Source: Paraspadella gotoi (Eukaryota > Animalia > Chaetognatha). Taken from it: a DNA stretch of 64,000 bases. A model generated the notes under the pieces. The model had not been told where the DNA came from. It did no database searches and worked only from the letters and a program-made list of their open reading frames with translations. Location: NCBI GenBank assembly GCA_051294375.1, contig CM119266.1:3577098-3641097 (forward strand). Direction: 5' to 3'. Shown here one piece after another: positions 13,538 through 25,764 of the stretch. Each line of letters opens with the position of its first letter. The first letter of the stretch is position 1. The position numbers and the translations under genes were made by a program.

Positions 13538-15193
13538 ATTCCTATCACTTTTCGCCTCTTGACATCTTCTTGCCCCTTGGACTCTTTGCCCCTTACTATT
13601 AAACTTGAGCCAATAGATAAGCTATAGCTTATCTTGCCTCCAGTCTTTAGACAGGCTATTGTGGGTTAAGGATAAAAGATAAAAGATAAGTTTTCAGTCA
13701 GGAAAAACTTGGTCATCACTTAGTATGTATTCACTATGTATTCACTATGTAAACTCGCTCTCACTTCCTTTCTCTTCCTTTGTCTCCGTGACCGTGACCA
13801 TTGACCAATGTTATCGTGAACTAATTCATTAAATCTTCTTTGTGAGTTATACGCAAATATCCTTTATCCTCCTGCCAACCCTAGCGTTACTATTTTTATT
13901 ACTTTGACCAACTTGTTCTTTTCTTCCTTGGATTTTTATACTTTCTCTCTTTCTCTCTCATCACCGTATATTCTTTCTCATTTGCCGTTAACAACATACG
14001 TAGTAATATATATTTTTTACGTTTAAACAGGAAACTTGCAAATTAAATGTAAACACTTTTTTCGGTCTCTTTTTCTGCTATATACACTGGGTACCAAAAA
14101 CAAAAGTTTTTGGAGAAAACAATTTCCCTTTGTACAGAACCTTGACGCAAAGGCCTCACCAGGTGGCGCTTAAGTCACTACAGCTCCCAGAGTTGCCACG
14201 AGAGATGGAAAGGGAGCAGCGACCTCAATTTGTTTTCCTTTTATCAATTTTTTTTAATCCTCAAATTTTCTCTTGGATTAAAAAACTTTCAACTAATTGG
14301 ACAAAATTCGTGATTTTTGTTTTTTCAGTTTATGACTAAAAATCGGGGAAAATCTGTGATAAACGGAAAGTTGACTGAAAGATAATGACAGAATAAGTTG
14401 AGAATTTTTTCGATAAAAAAAATATTGTTGTTTTAATTAAAAACAAATAGGCAATGAAAATAAAAAGAGGGAGAGAGAGCTAAGACCAAGAAATACATAT
14501 TACATAATACCAGTAAATTATACAGAAAAAACATTTCCAATGTTTAATTTTTTTCAAGCAACTTCAAGAAAATTCGATTTCTTGTTACTATAAACAATAC
14601 AAAACATGAAAGTTGTTGTCTAAACTATTCATAAACTTTAATGGGACCGAGTACAAAAGGACGGCAGCAAAATATTCAGAAAAAAATACAGTAAATGACA
14701 GTTGGAATTTTTTTTTTTGGTAAAAAAAATTTAGCAATCAAGACAAACGAAATATATCATTAAAGTTAGAAAACGAATAATTAAGCAAAAAAAGGATCTA
14801 TTGGTTGTTCTTTTCAACCAATCGGAACTCAATACATCAGATCGGCCTTAATTAATGACGAATCGAGGAGGCCATTAAAAAAAACTAAAACAAAACAAAA
14901 CATATGCGTTTAAAACAATAACAAACATAAAAATACAAAATGAAACAAGAAAAGGCAATGAAAAGCTGATTCGTTTCGATCGAGACGGGAGCTTTAAATT
15001 CTATATTTCCTCTTTCCAAATCTAGACATATTTTCACAAATTACCTCATTTCAGCTTAAATTCTGAATTAACTAAGTTTTTTTAGTTTAAAAAGGGTGAG
15101 GGATAAAGGGATAAGCAGAAACGGGGCGCTTAGGGAAAATAGTGCAAGAAATCCATCCCGCTTTCTCAATCAAAATCAATCTTAAATTCTCCA

Positions 15194-16822
15194 TCAAATT
15201 TTGATGGAGTCCTCGAAGAGAGCGATGAGGAACATGAGACCGACTCCAACCCAAATCCCCACATTTTGGACGACGAAACCACGAAGAGATTTCGAGAGGC
15301 GGTTGTGCATCACTTCCGGAAGCTGAAGGAGGGAATGGAATGGAATTACGATTTGATTATTATTAATCAATCACTCAATCGATTAATAAGTCAATCTTTC
15401 TCTCGCTAAATCTTTAAAACGATCAGTTTATCTTTCAATCGGAAATAAATCGAGTAAAAGTGCAATAAATCAGATCAATCGGACTATTAATCAATCACTT
15501 GAGCGATAATTAAATAAGTCAAGCATTCTATCAATCGCTCATTCAACCGAGTGATCAATCAATCAATCGCTCAATCAACCGAGTGATCAATCAATCAATC
15601 GGTCATTCGTTGAAATACATAAAGAAAGCTCCCACATCCGTCCAAAAAAGCGAACCATATCGACGAGCGAGACGTAGAGAAACATCCCTGCAGTGATGGC
15701 CAGGATCCACATCCGAACGCGAACGTCGGAAGCGACAGAGACGCCGAGAAAGAGACCGAGAAACGCGGTGCAGGCCGAGAGGAGGTTGAGAAGTAGGGCC
15801 TTCTTGTAGGAAAGGCCGGAGGAGATGAAGACGGCGAAGTCACCTGGAGAAATTTAAGGGGAGGTGGATGAGTAAGTGGAATAAGAAATCTCTGTCTACT
15901 TAATTGATGGGGAGAAAGTTAAAAAAAAGGAAAGATCTACAATGAAACCAAATGTTAATAACCATCCGATTATTTATATTTGAAATAAGTTGTTTATTGC
16001 TCATAGCGAATAGTTTCCAACGAGTGCCTCGACGTCCACACATTACTTGATAAATCTTAGATCAATCTTGCAATCAATCCTTAATCTATATTTCAACCAA
16101 TCAATTCTCAATCTATCTTGTAACCTATCAAACCTCGATCTATCTTGCAGCCAATCCATTCTCAATCTCACAACAAATCAATCCTATAAGTATAACCAAT
16201 TAATTTCTTAACAAATTTATAAATCCTTGAAAGCCAATCGATCCTTCAAAGTCAATCAATCCTGACTTTCCTGTCGACAGCACGAGCTCAAGTTCACAAT
16301 TCCTACACTCTGAATAGACCGTCCACTACATTCTACGCCGCGACATTCGCATGTGGAACTTCGTGCATGAAGATGGCGACGGATGTGGAGAGGCCGGAAG
16401 TCAAGTCTCCGGCGAAGGCGGCGCCGATGGCGATGCCGTCAGCGAAATTGTGGATGGCGTCGCCGATGAGGATTAGGAGGGCGACGGAGGGGATGCCTGG
16501 GGGGGAAAAGGAGGGGGAAAGGGGGGAGGGGAAAGAAGGAGAGAGAGTGACGTTATCTACCTGTAGCCCAACCAACTGAAGCCCAACCATTTTTATTACT
16601 TAAGCCAAATTCCTCTCATTCCCTCAAAGCCAACATTTACTTGGTCGCTCTGACCCTCCTTAACCCCAAACTCCTTCCCCTCACCGCAAATCCCTTTGGG
16701 CTTCCGGCTGAATTGGCCCAAGAGTTCCGGGTCTCCGTTTTCGTAGGCGTAAGGGTGGGAATCCGGAGCGGGGGAGGCGGAAGAGGAGGAGCCGGAGGGA
16801 ATCGTTGACAATTCGATATTGC

Positions 16823-16918
<96 letters not shown>

Positions 16919-19900
16919 GAGCCGAGGGAAAGAATCGAAATGGATAGGAAAAATATGATGTCGTAAAATAAAATAAAATAAAATAAAATAAAAATAAAAG
17001 AAAAGAAAAGAAAAAGAAAAAAAGAAAAGACAAAAAGAAAAGAAAAGAAAAGAGGAATCTAAATCGAATTGTCATTCAAACTCAAAAAAACAAATTCGAT
17101 TTTGGTTTCCTTTCAGATCGTTCACCGTCTCTCTCTCTCTCACTCTCTCTCTCACTCTCTCTCCGTTTAAACTAGTTGGCTTGTAATAGCAACAAAATTT
17201 TTTGAATCGGCTTTTTTGAAAAGACTTAGTATAGTTTTGACACTTCATTTCTCAATTCTAAACCACAACCTCACACTCAAACCAAGAACTTACCCGCAGC
17301 ATTAGTGACTCCCTCTCCAATTTCTCTGTGGGATGTCAAAACGACGCCTCTATCGCCAGCTCCGTTTTTCGTGGCGTCAGCAGCGCCGCCACAGTCTCCA
17401 CTCTCGCCTCCGACGCCTTTAGGATGAAATGAAAACTATTTTAGGATGAAATGAAAACTATTTTAGGATGAAATGAAAACTATTTTCCCAAATTTACTTT
17501 TCTTTTTTTTTATACTGCTGCTTCGCCTTTTGTCTTGAGTGTTTGAAATAGAAATTTGATGGAATAAAAGAGAAACTAAGACGTGAAATGGAAAGAAAAA
17601 GAGATTTGAAACTAGAAAAAAATTACATACAAATTTAATAAAATATCGTTAAGGACAACAAAGAAAAAATACAATGAAATATTGCTTTTTATAAAATTGA
17701 AATTTAAAAATACCACTTCGTTGGAGTTAGGTTCTCTGGGAGGTAATAGACAAGACTGAGAGAGAGTATGAAAGTTTGATGAGTCAAATTGGTAGAAGCA
17801 AATTCGTAAAATTTTAACTTTCTAAAATACCATATCAGCCCCCATTCATCTCCTTTGTCAGCCCAACTTCCGGTCCCCCTTGACAGTTGACAACCTCTGT
17901 CATTTCTCTCTCGTTAAATCACCAGGTTCGTCGGACAGACACAAAGCGGGATTGGATATCCCGACCTCCGTCTCTCTCGTCGCCTCAACTGAGGCCATCG
18001 ACGTCATGCTTCCGTATTCCGACGGCGGGCGGCGCTGGCTCTCGGAATCTGGAGAAAAAAAAGAGCATCGAGATTGAGAAATAAACTCAATAAAGTCAAT
18101 TATGTATATAATCAAAACAAGTCAACCTAAGCAAATTACGAGTAAATCAAATCAAATAAATAAAATCACATTAAATAAATCAAAGAAAAATCAAATCAAA
18201 TCAAATCAAATCTGAATCAATCCCAGCTCTGACTCACTCCCGCTCTCTTGTGATCGCTGACTGTCCTTCCTCAAAAAATTCTTCACGTGAAGTTTTTTGG
18301 GGTCGAATTCGGGGATGTGAGAGTGACCGCCTTCGTCACTGTGATCGTGGGCGTGGTCCCGGTCACCCTCGTGATCGTCGCCGAATCTGGCGGAACAAAA
18401 GGTAAAATAAAGCAAAATAAAGCAAAAAAATGCAAAAACAATAAAAGAAAATAAAAGCATACAAAATTATTTAAAAAAAATAAAGCATAAAAGAGAAAAA
18501 TAAGTATAAATATTAAAAAAATATCAAATAAAAGGAAAAGAAAGCACAAGAAATAAATAAAGTTTCGAAGAAATTAAATTACAAAAACTAACTTTCTCCC
18601 AAGATAAGCGAAGAGCGACTCCAGCAGATAAAACCCGTAAAGAGCGAGAATGACTGACGACATCTTCCAGAGGTACTCCATCTCCTCCAGTCGCTCCAGC
18701 AGGGTTTCGTCGCTGTGGTCGTGGGAGCCGGATTCGTGGGAGTGGAGGCCAAGGCACTGGAGTTTAGTTTGGGGCGGGAGTAAGTGTCATGGTTGTTAGG
18801 GAAAGGGTAAAGAGGGGGGGGAAGAGGAGCAGAGCGAGACGGACAGACAGATAAATAGATATACAGATTGACGGAGAAAGACAAAAACAGACGAAGACAG
18901 TCGCAAACAGACTAAGACAGATGGAGACAGACGAAGACAGATGGAGACGGTCAGATCGAAAAAAAATAAAGATCGAAGACAGACAGACAGACAGAAACTA
19001 AAACAGATCAAACACCCAAAAAATGGCAAAAACAGACATGAGACAGACAGAAATATTAAGAGACAGAAAATATTGAAACCAATTTTCTTTGTTTATCCCC
19101 GGAAGTCGAGAAAACGAATGTCAAAACTTTGAGGACAAGAAATCAAGAAATACAAACACAGGGAAAATCAAAGAAAAAAAAATAGTTTCCCAAAAAAAGC
19201 TTTTAACAAAAATAATATTATTTCACATTTACTCATCTTTGATCTTTCTGACCCCCGACCTTTTTGTTTACTTTAATTCTTAATTTACTTTACTATATGA
19301 GTTTAACCTTTCTTTTCTTTATCTTTTTTTTCTCCAGCGTTCGTACAAATAGACGAATCAACATTGAGTCACTCCAAAGTCAAAATCTTGAAATTACGAA
19401 GTATCTCATTCTCACATTTAACTAATTCGCCACCTGCGGTATCAGATGCAGGACCGCATCTCCTAGCATCGTCCCGATGGCGAGACAGATGAGACCAGAT
19501 ATGATTGTGTCGTACATCCCTTTGTCGAGACATGGCACCATCAGGATTCCACAGATGGAAGCGGCTGAGATGACGGCCACGGACAGAAATCCGTAACCGT
19601 ATGCTGAATAGGCCCATTAATTAATGATTAATTTATAATTTTTAACGTATTTCACTATGTAAAGACAGAATTTCGCCTAATAAGTACCCAGTGTTTAACA
19701 ATTCTATTTTCTTAAGATCAGAATATTTTTTATCTTATCTTAGTCCTTATCAGCTTTAACTTACCTTGATCGTGACTTACTCTTCGCCCTTCCTTTTCGT
19801 CTCTTTCTCTTTCTTCGTCTACACAAGCGTGAGTCACCACCTGAGACAAAACAGTTTTTCTTCAATTTGAAAAAATTTAAAAGCTTCGATCTTTTTATCT

Positions 19901-22154
19901 CCAACTATTTTTATTAGAGATTTGTTTACAATCTATCTTTTTATAATCTAATTATATCAGGATTTTCTGCCTTAACTTGTCGATTGTCCGTTCCAGTCAG
20001 TTTAAATACTTTCTACTTATCTTTTAATTTTTTATCATGAAAGATATAGCATAGATATGTTATAGGTAGCTATGCAAATATTAATAGTAATAAGAATAAT
20101 AAAACAAATAAATGTAATTTCTTCCTTTAACAAAAAATATTAATCAAAGGAGAAAATCAAAACAAAAATAAAAACAAAACAAGCCAAACAAACCAACAAA
20201 AATCAATACATAGTAATAGAAATATTAAAATAAGGACCTGCTGGACCAGGGCAGGACACATGGCAAGAAACTGATGTTTGTCGATTCCGACGGAATGAAA
20301 GACTCCGAATATGTCGAGAAGTTGTTCGCTGGAGAAGCACTGAGCCAATGGAAAGAGATTTACTCGGGCGAAAGAGATTTACTCGGGGGGAAAAAGGATT
20401 TATTTGAAAGAAAAAGGAATTTAGTTGGGAGAAAAAGGATTTATTTGGGAGAAAAAGGATTTAGTTGGGAGAAAAGAGGATTTATTTGAAAGAAAAAGGG
20501 ATTTGTTTAGGGAGAAAAGGGATTTAGTTTGGAGAAAAAGGGATAAAAAACAAATTTATAGAGATGGGATCTAAGTTTGCAAACTGGAAATCTGATAAAA
20601 GTGGAGTTACTGTTAAAGATAGTAAAAAAGATTTATGAAATAGAAGTAGGTGAAAAAGGATTTATTTAATTGGGAGTTAATAGCGATTTCTTCAATTGGA
20701 CTCACAGTGTGTTCGTGATCGTGAACCTCGACCTGTCGCCTCCTCCTCTTTTCGTGATCATGTCCGTGGTGATCCTCGTCAGGATGATTATTTTGGCGAA
20801 CTTTTCCGATTCCCAAAGACGTCACAAGTTTTTCAAATTCTGTTAAAACGTATGTCAATCAATTATCGAAGAAAAAAAAGTAATGTAAAGAAATTAAAAA
20901 ATTAAAGTTAAGTATGTTGAAATATGTAGTGGACATGGAGCCTATGTGTCAAGGGGGCACTAGTTTTCAAAAAACTCTTCACCCGAATTCCTAGCAGTAA
21001 TAGCTATCCTGATCCTTTACTGCATCTATCACGACTTCCCTTACTCTTAATTTCAAGAAAAATTGAAAAAGAAAACAAAAGAAAAACAAATATGTTTCTT
21101 CAAAACAAAACAAAAATTCAAGTCTCGGAAAGATGAAAGAGAAAAAGAGAGAGAGACAGAGAGAGAGAAGGCGGAGAAGAAACTATCCGAAGGAGATGGG
21201 ATAAAAAGTCATGTAAAAAAACAGGTGCGATCAAAGAAGTGCGATTAACGAAGTGCGATCAGAGAAGTGCGAAGGGGTGAACTTACCTTCCTCGGTGAAG
21301 CTTCCGTTGGGTCGATTGAAGGATTCGAAGATGTCGTTAATGAAGAAGGAAGATGAAGGGAGATGAGAGGCTTTGCAACCGAGAGGAATGCCTGAGGGGG
21401 AAAAGAGGAGGGCCAGCTATGTTATTACAGTATTGGGAGCATTGGAAAGGTACGGATGCTGAGATTAGGTCTGAAAGAGGGTCACCTAATATATATAAAC
21501 TATAATATCTAGCGACTGAATGAAAAAATGAGGTAAAAAGATTAAATGTTATCGAGTGGCTTGAAAATGAGTAAACGGTAGGGCTCCTGTAAATGACTCT
21601 CCTATCTAAGTTACGTCAATAATATTATTATTCAACTTATTGCGATTCATTACTACTAATAATAATAGTTAGTGGAAAGAATGAAACAAAACCAACGTAA
21701 AACCGGATGGAGACAACATTTGGACCAGAATACAACTTAATATCCGGAATAATAATATAAAATATCTGATTAGATTTGTCTCCTCCAAAAAATTAATCCT
21801 CTTAACGCGAAAAGATAAAAGAAAGAAGATCGGATGTTGTTTGATTTGAGGCTCATCATAGTTTGTTGTTATTAATTTTAAATCTGCTTTTTTTTATTGA
21901 TATTCAAAATAAGTATTCGAAATCCAAAACAATGATAAAGCCTAGGTGAAGAATAAATAACAAATATGACAAAAATACATTGTGGTATAATCCTTTCTTT
22001 TCGTTGTGTAATAATTATTAGAAAAGTTTGAAATGAATTTTCAACAACGATTTTATTTTTAATAAAAGACGGACATGTTTCGGCTTAACTACAAGCCTTC
22101 ATCAGCATTAAAAAAAGTTAGTGAATTTGAAACAAATTATGTGTGCATAAAGAA

Positions 22155-22186
<32 letters not shown>

Positions 22187-22285
22187 GAGGGCAAAGTTTC
22201 CAACACAGAGTTGAGAAGGGATAGTGTCAATTGTGAGGACAGATTAAGGTGAAACAAATAGAGCCATTTGTGAAAAGAAATTGAA

Positions 22286-22327
<42 letters not shown>

Positions 22328-23196
22328 AGAGAGAGAGTGAGAGAACTTGAAAAATAATACATTGTGCAATGTACAACAAAGATAAATATTTTTTAAAACT
22401 TAATGATCAGTGTTAACAATTAACTACTGTGAATAAATAAGTTAGTGAAGATGAAATTGTGAAATTTGAATGTGAAGGAAATAGAGAGGGATAGTTAAGC
22501 AATTATTATTATAGTGAAGTATAAGAGTTAAGATAGAGCTCAAAGCGTGGTGGAGGCCCGTCTCCACCACGTCCGCACAATGACTCCCCTGTCTCCACTC
22601 AACGAGACAGGCGGAGACCCTTGCGCAGGCAATGGGCAGACGATGCCTCTCCTTCACCTGTAGCAACTCATTCCCTTTCTCTGTGGAGTGAGCCGCGCCC
22701 AAAGCGACGGCTGCAGGAGGAAGGAGAGTCCACCACTCCTGTCGCAAAAGCGGCAAGAATGGAAAGCCGCCCACCTCGTCAGCAGCGAGAAGAGGGCAGT
22801 CGGCAGGCGTACCAGGCCAGAGAGACATCAGAGTAGCCTTGGTATCTTCCGCAAGGAAGCCTCCCTAACGCCGCACACATAGGCTCAACGATTTTGTCCT
22901 CACAGCCACTGACACGTCAATGACCGACCACATCGATCAGGCCTTTCATTTGCACAAGCCAAGGGGGGCCAGCTCACTTTGAGCTCTATCTTAACTCTTA
23001 TACTTCACTATAATAATAATTGCTTAACTATCCCTCACCTCTATTTCCTTCACATTTCAAATTTCACAATTTCATCTTCCTAACTTATTTATTCACAGTA
23101 GTTAATTGTTAACACTGATCATTAAGTTTTAAACAATATTTATCTTTGTTGTACATTGCACAATGTATTATTTTTCAAGTTCTCTCACTCTCTCTC

Positions 23197-23228
<32 letters not shown>

Positions 23229-25728
23229 AGTTAAGGCCTGGGAATCATTCAAACAAGAATTGCATAAAGCTTTATACAAATTATTTTTATGTAAAAGAAG
23301 TATATTTCCTTCGGTTCAAATTAAAAAAATTCAAATTTGAATAAGGTTTAGCTTCAAGAGCCACCCAAAAATCGGGCAATTTTTTTTATCGGTAAACCTA
23401 AAAAACTTCATTCAAGACGGTAAAGTCATTTTTAAAAGCGAATTTTAATTCTTTTTATTCAATTAACATCAGCTACCTCAGTGTAATACTAGTACCTAAA
23501 GCCTAGTCATTCTTATGATGTAATTGGATCAATTAAGGATGAAAATATAAACGTTTATGTAGAGAGAGTGCAGAATACATATTAATGATGCCTAATACCA
23601 TTTTTTTACTAAAAGAGTTATACAAAAATTGTACAATTTTTAAAAGTCAAAGAACAATCGTCCATTGGCATCTGCAATCGGATCCTCTGAGATAGAAACA
23701 CTCTATGGTGCCATAGATGGTCACTGATTCACTGATGACAATCGTTATGCTCTCCTCTGCCAATTAGTTTCTGTTCCCCACATCAAAACTGGCTTTAAAG
23801 CTTGACGTTTGCCACAGACGAAAATAAGTAAACCCCTTGCAGCATTCCTCCTTGTTCACCCATCCGTGTTTTGTTGTCACAGCATTTTTTTAAATTTAAA
23901 AAAAAATTTAAAAAATTGATAAAATTCAGAGAACGGTAAAGCATCATTTAAACTAGAAATGAAAATAGATTTTACAAAAGCATGTCGATTTTTAGAGTTC
24001 TCTGCTCGACTTTCAGTTCTTTAAAATCTATCAGAAAAAAATAAAAAATAAAAAATAAATAAACAAAAGAGTTGGAGCGAAACTGTTTGAAAAAAAAAAT
24101 AAACTAAAAATTATTTTCGTTTAGTATGGAAATGTGGGAGAAATTCTATGAGAGGGATTTTTGAAAATGTTATTCGTTTCAAGATTTAGATTTTAACACC
24201 AAAATTTCATTATTCTTTTTTTTTTCCTATGAAGAAAAGTGAATTGAAAATCCTCTCATAGAATTGGGGACCTTCACCTCAAGTAAATTATGTTAAATTT
24301 CATCAAAATCCGCTTCGCGTTTGGGCTGCAACTCTTTCGATAGGTTTCTTTTATTTATATAGTAATATAAAATTCGAAAAAACACTAACGTTTTGAAAAA
24401 ATAATAAAGTGAATACTTTTCGGAATCGACTGGACCTCTACTTTCAAATCCAAGCTTTGTGTTACCCTATTTATAACTTTTGGTGAGTGATCCCAGGCCT
24501 TAAGCCGAAACATGTCCGTCTTTTATTAAAAATAAAATCGTTGTTGAAAATTCATTTCAAACTTTTCTAACAAAAATACAAAAGAAAACTAATGAGGCAA
24601 CATTAAAATTTACAAAAAACTAAGGAAAAATAAATTAAAATTATGGCAAAAAGAAAAAGAAAAAAAAGAAAAAGATGCGACTGACCGGTGAAGGAAAGTT
24701 TTGGCCCCAAAAGTGACCAAAATGACCACAAGAGAATCCAGGCCTGACAAGTGCCCAAAGTTTTGTCTCCGCCATTCATGATGATTTTTTCTAAATGTAT
24801 TTGACTTTTTTCTGTTTTATTCAAACCAAAATGTTTCATAATTTCGACTTTTGGAATATAAATCTTCAGACGAATGTCACTTTTGTAATTCTAATGTCAA
24901 ATTGTCAAATTCTAATTGCAGACACGAAGGCAAAGATAAATTTGAAATTTATTTATCATTTATTTCACTCGGTCGCTTTTCGCTCTCGGTTCAAAATATT
25001 TCATACTTTTTTTCAATTTCTTTAAAAAAAATTGTAGCAACGCCAATATGCAAATAAGGTTTTGATTTTCAGATTAATGAAGTCGGGAGTTCGAGAGCAG
25101 AAAACTAATAGTTAGGACTTCTTACTCAAAATATTATTAAGCCTCATTTATAATTAGTAAGAATATAAAAATTCCTATAAAAATATCATACTTCTTATTT
25201 ACACTACTTCGCTTTCCTTTGTTTTTGTTTTTTTTTGTTTTTGTTTTTTTTTTGCTGTTTCTACATCTCTTTGTAAAATGTCCACCCCAGTTTTTCCCGC
25301 CTTCGTCATCTCTCTCTCCCTCTGGGTGATAATTAGAAGTTTTGTGCCAAAAGAAACCAAGTTTGTTAAGTTTGTACAAGTTTGTACAATAGTTTGTGCA
25401 ATAGCATTTCGTAAAGTTCGTTTTTATATATAAATTATAATTTAAATATTTTGATCAGAGTTTTTGATGAAAAAATAAGAAAAAAATAAATGATAAAAAA
25501 CTGATGAGGAAGTCAAAGAAGACGACGATCAATTTTTCCGTGAATCGTCTAGAATTTCTGGCCAACTCCACCTACGAAAATAACAACAACAACAACGACG
25601 TTTCCCTACAAGACGCCGGGTGCAAAATAAAAGGAAAAAGAAAATCTGGAAGAAAAACTGGAATCTAAGTTAAAAGGAAGAAAAAAGTCGTCGGTGATTA
25701 TGGGGAGAAGGAGAGAGAGAGAGAGAGA

Positions 25729-25764
<36 letters not shown>

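Larger units (their letters stand above)
22020..24570. mobile_element. Penelope-like element remnant with inverted terminal repeats
   Basis: 22290-22545 is the reverse complement of 22975-23229, and 22020-22088 of 24500-24570; GC-rich core 22547-22975; a hammerhead motif lies in the repeat tail. Confidence 0.6.

Noticed and set aside
15189-15209. 10-bp inverted repeat across the ZIP TGA stop (readthrough/SECIS idea)
   Set aside because: One-nt loop, no SECIS features, and the protein ends where ZIP homologs normally end.
14084-19694. ACACTGGGTAC / GTACCCAGTGT as TIRs of a 5.6-kb element capturing ZIP exons
   Set aside because: Only about 11 bp, and the gene continues normally beyond; chance or independent TE fragments.
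25501-25545. CTGATGAG as another hammerhead core
   Set aside because: No stem II or GAAA partner.
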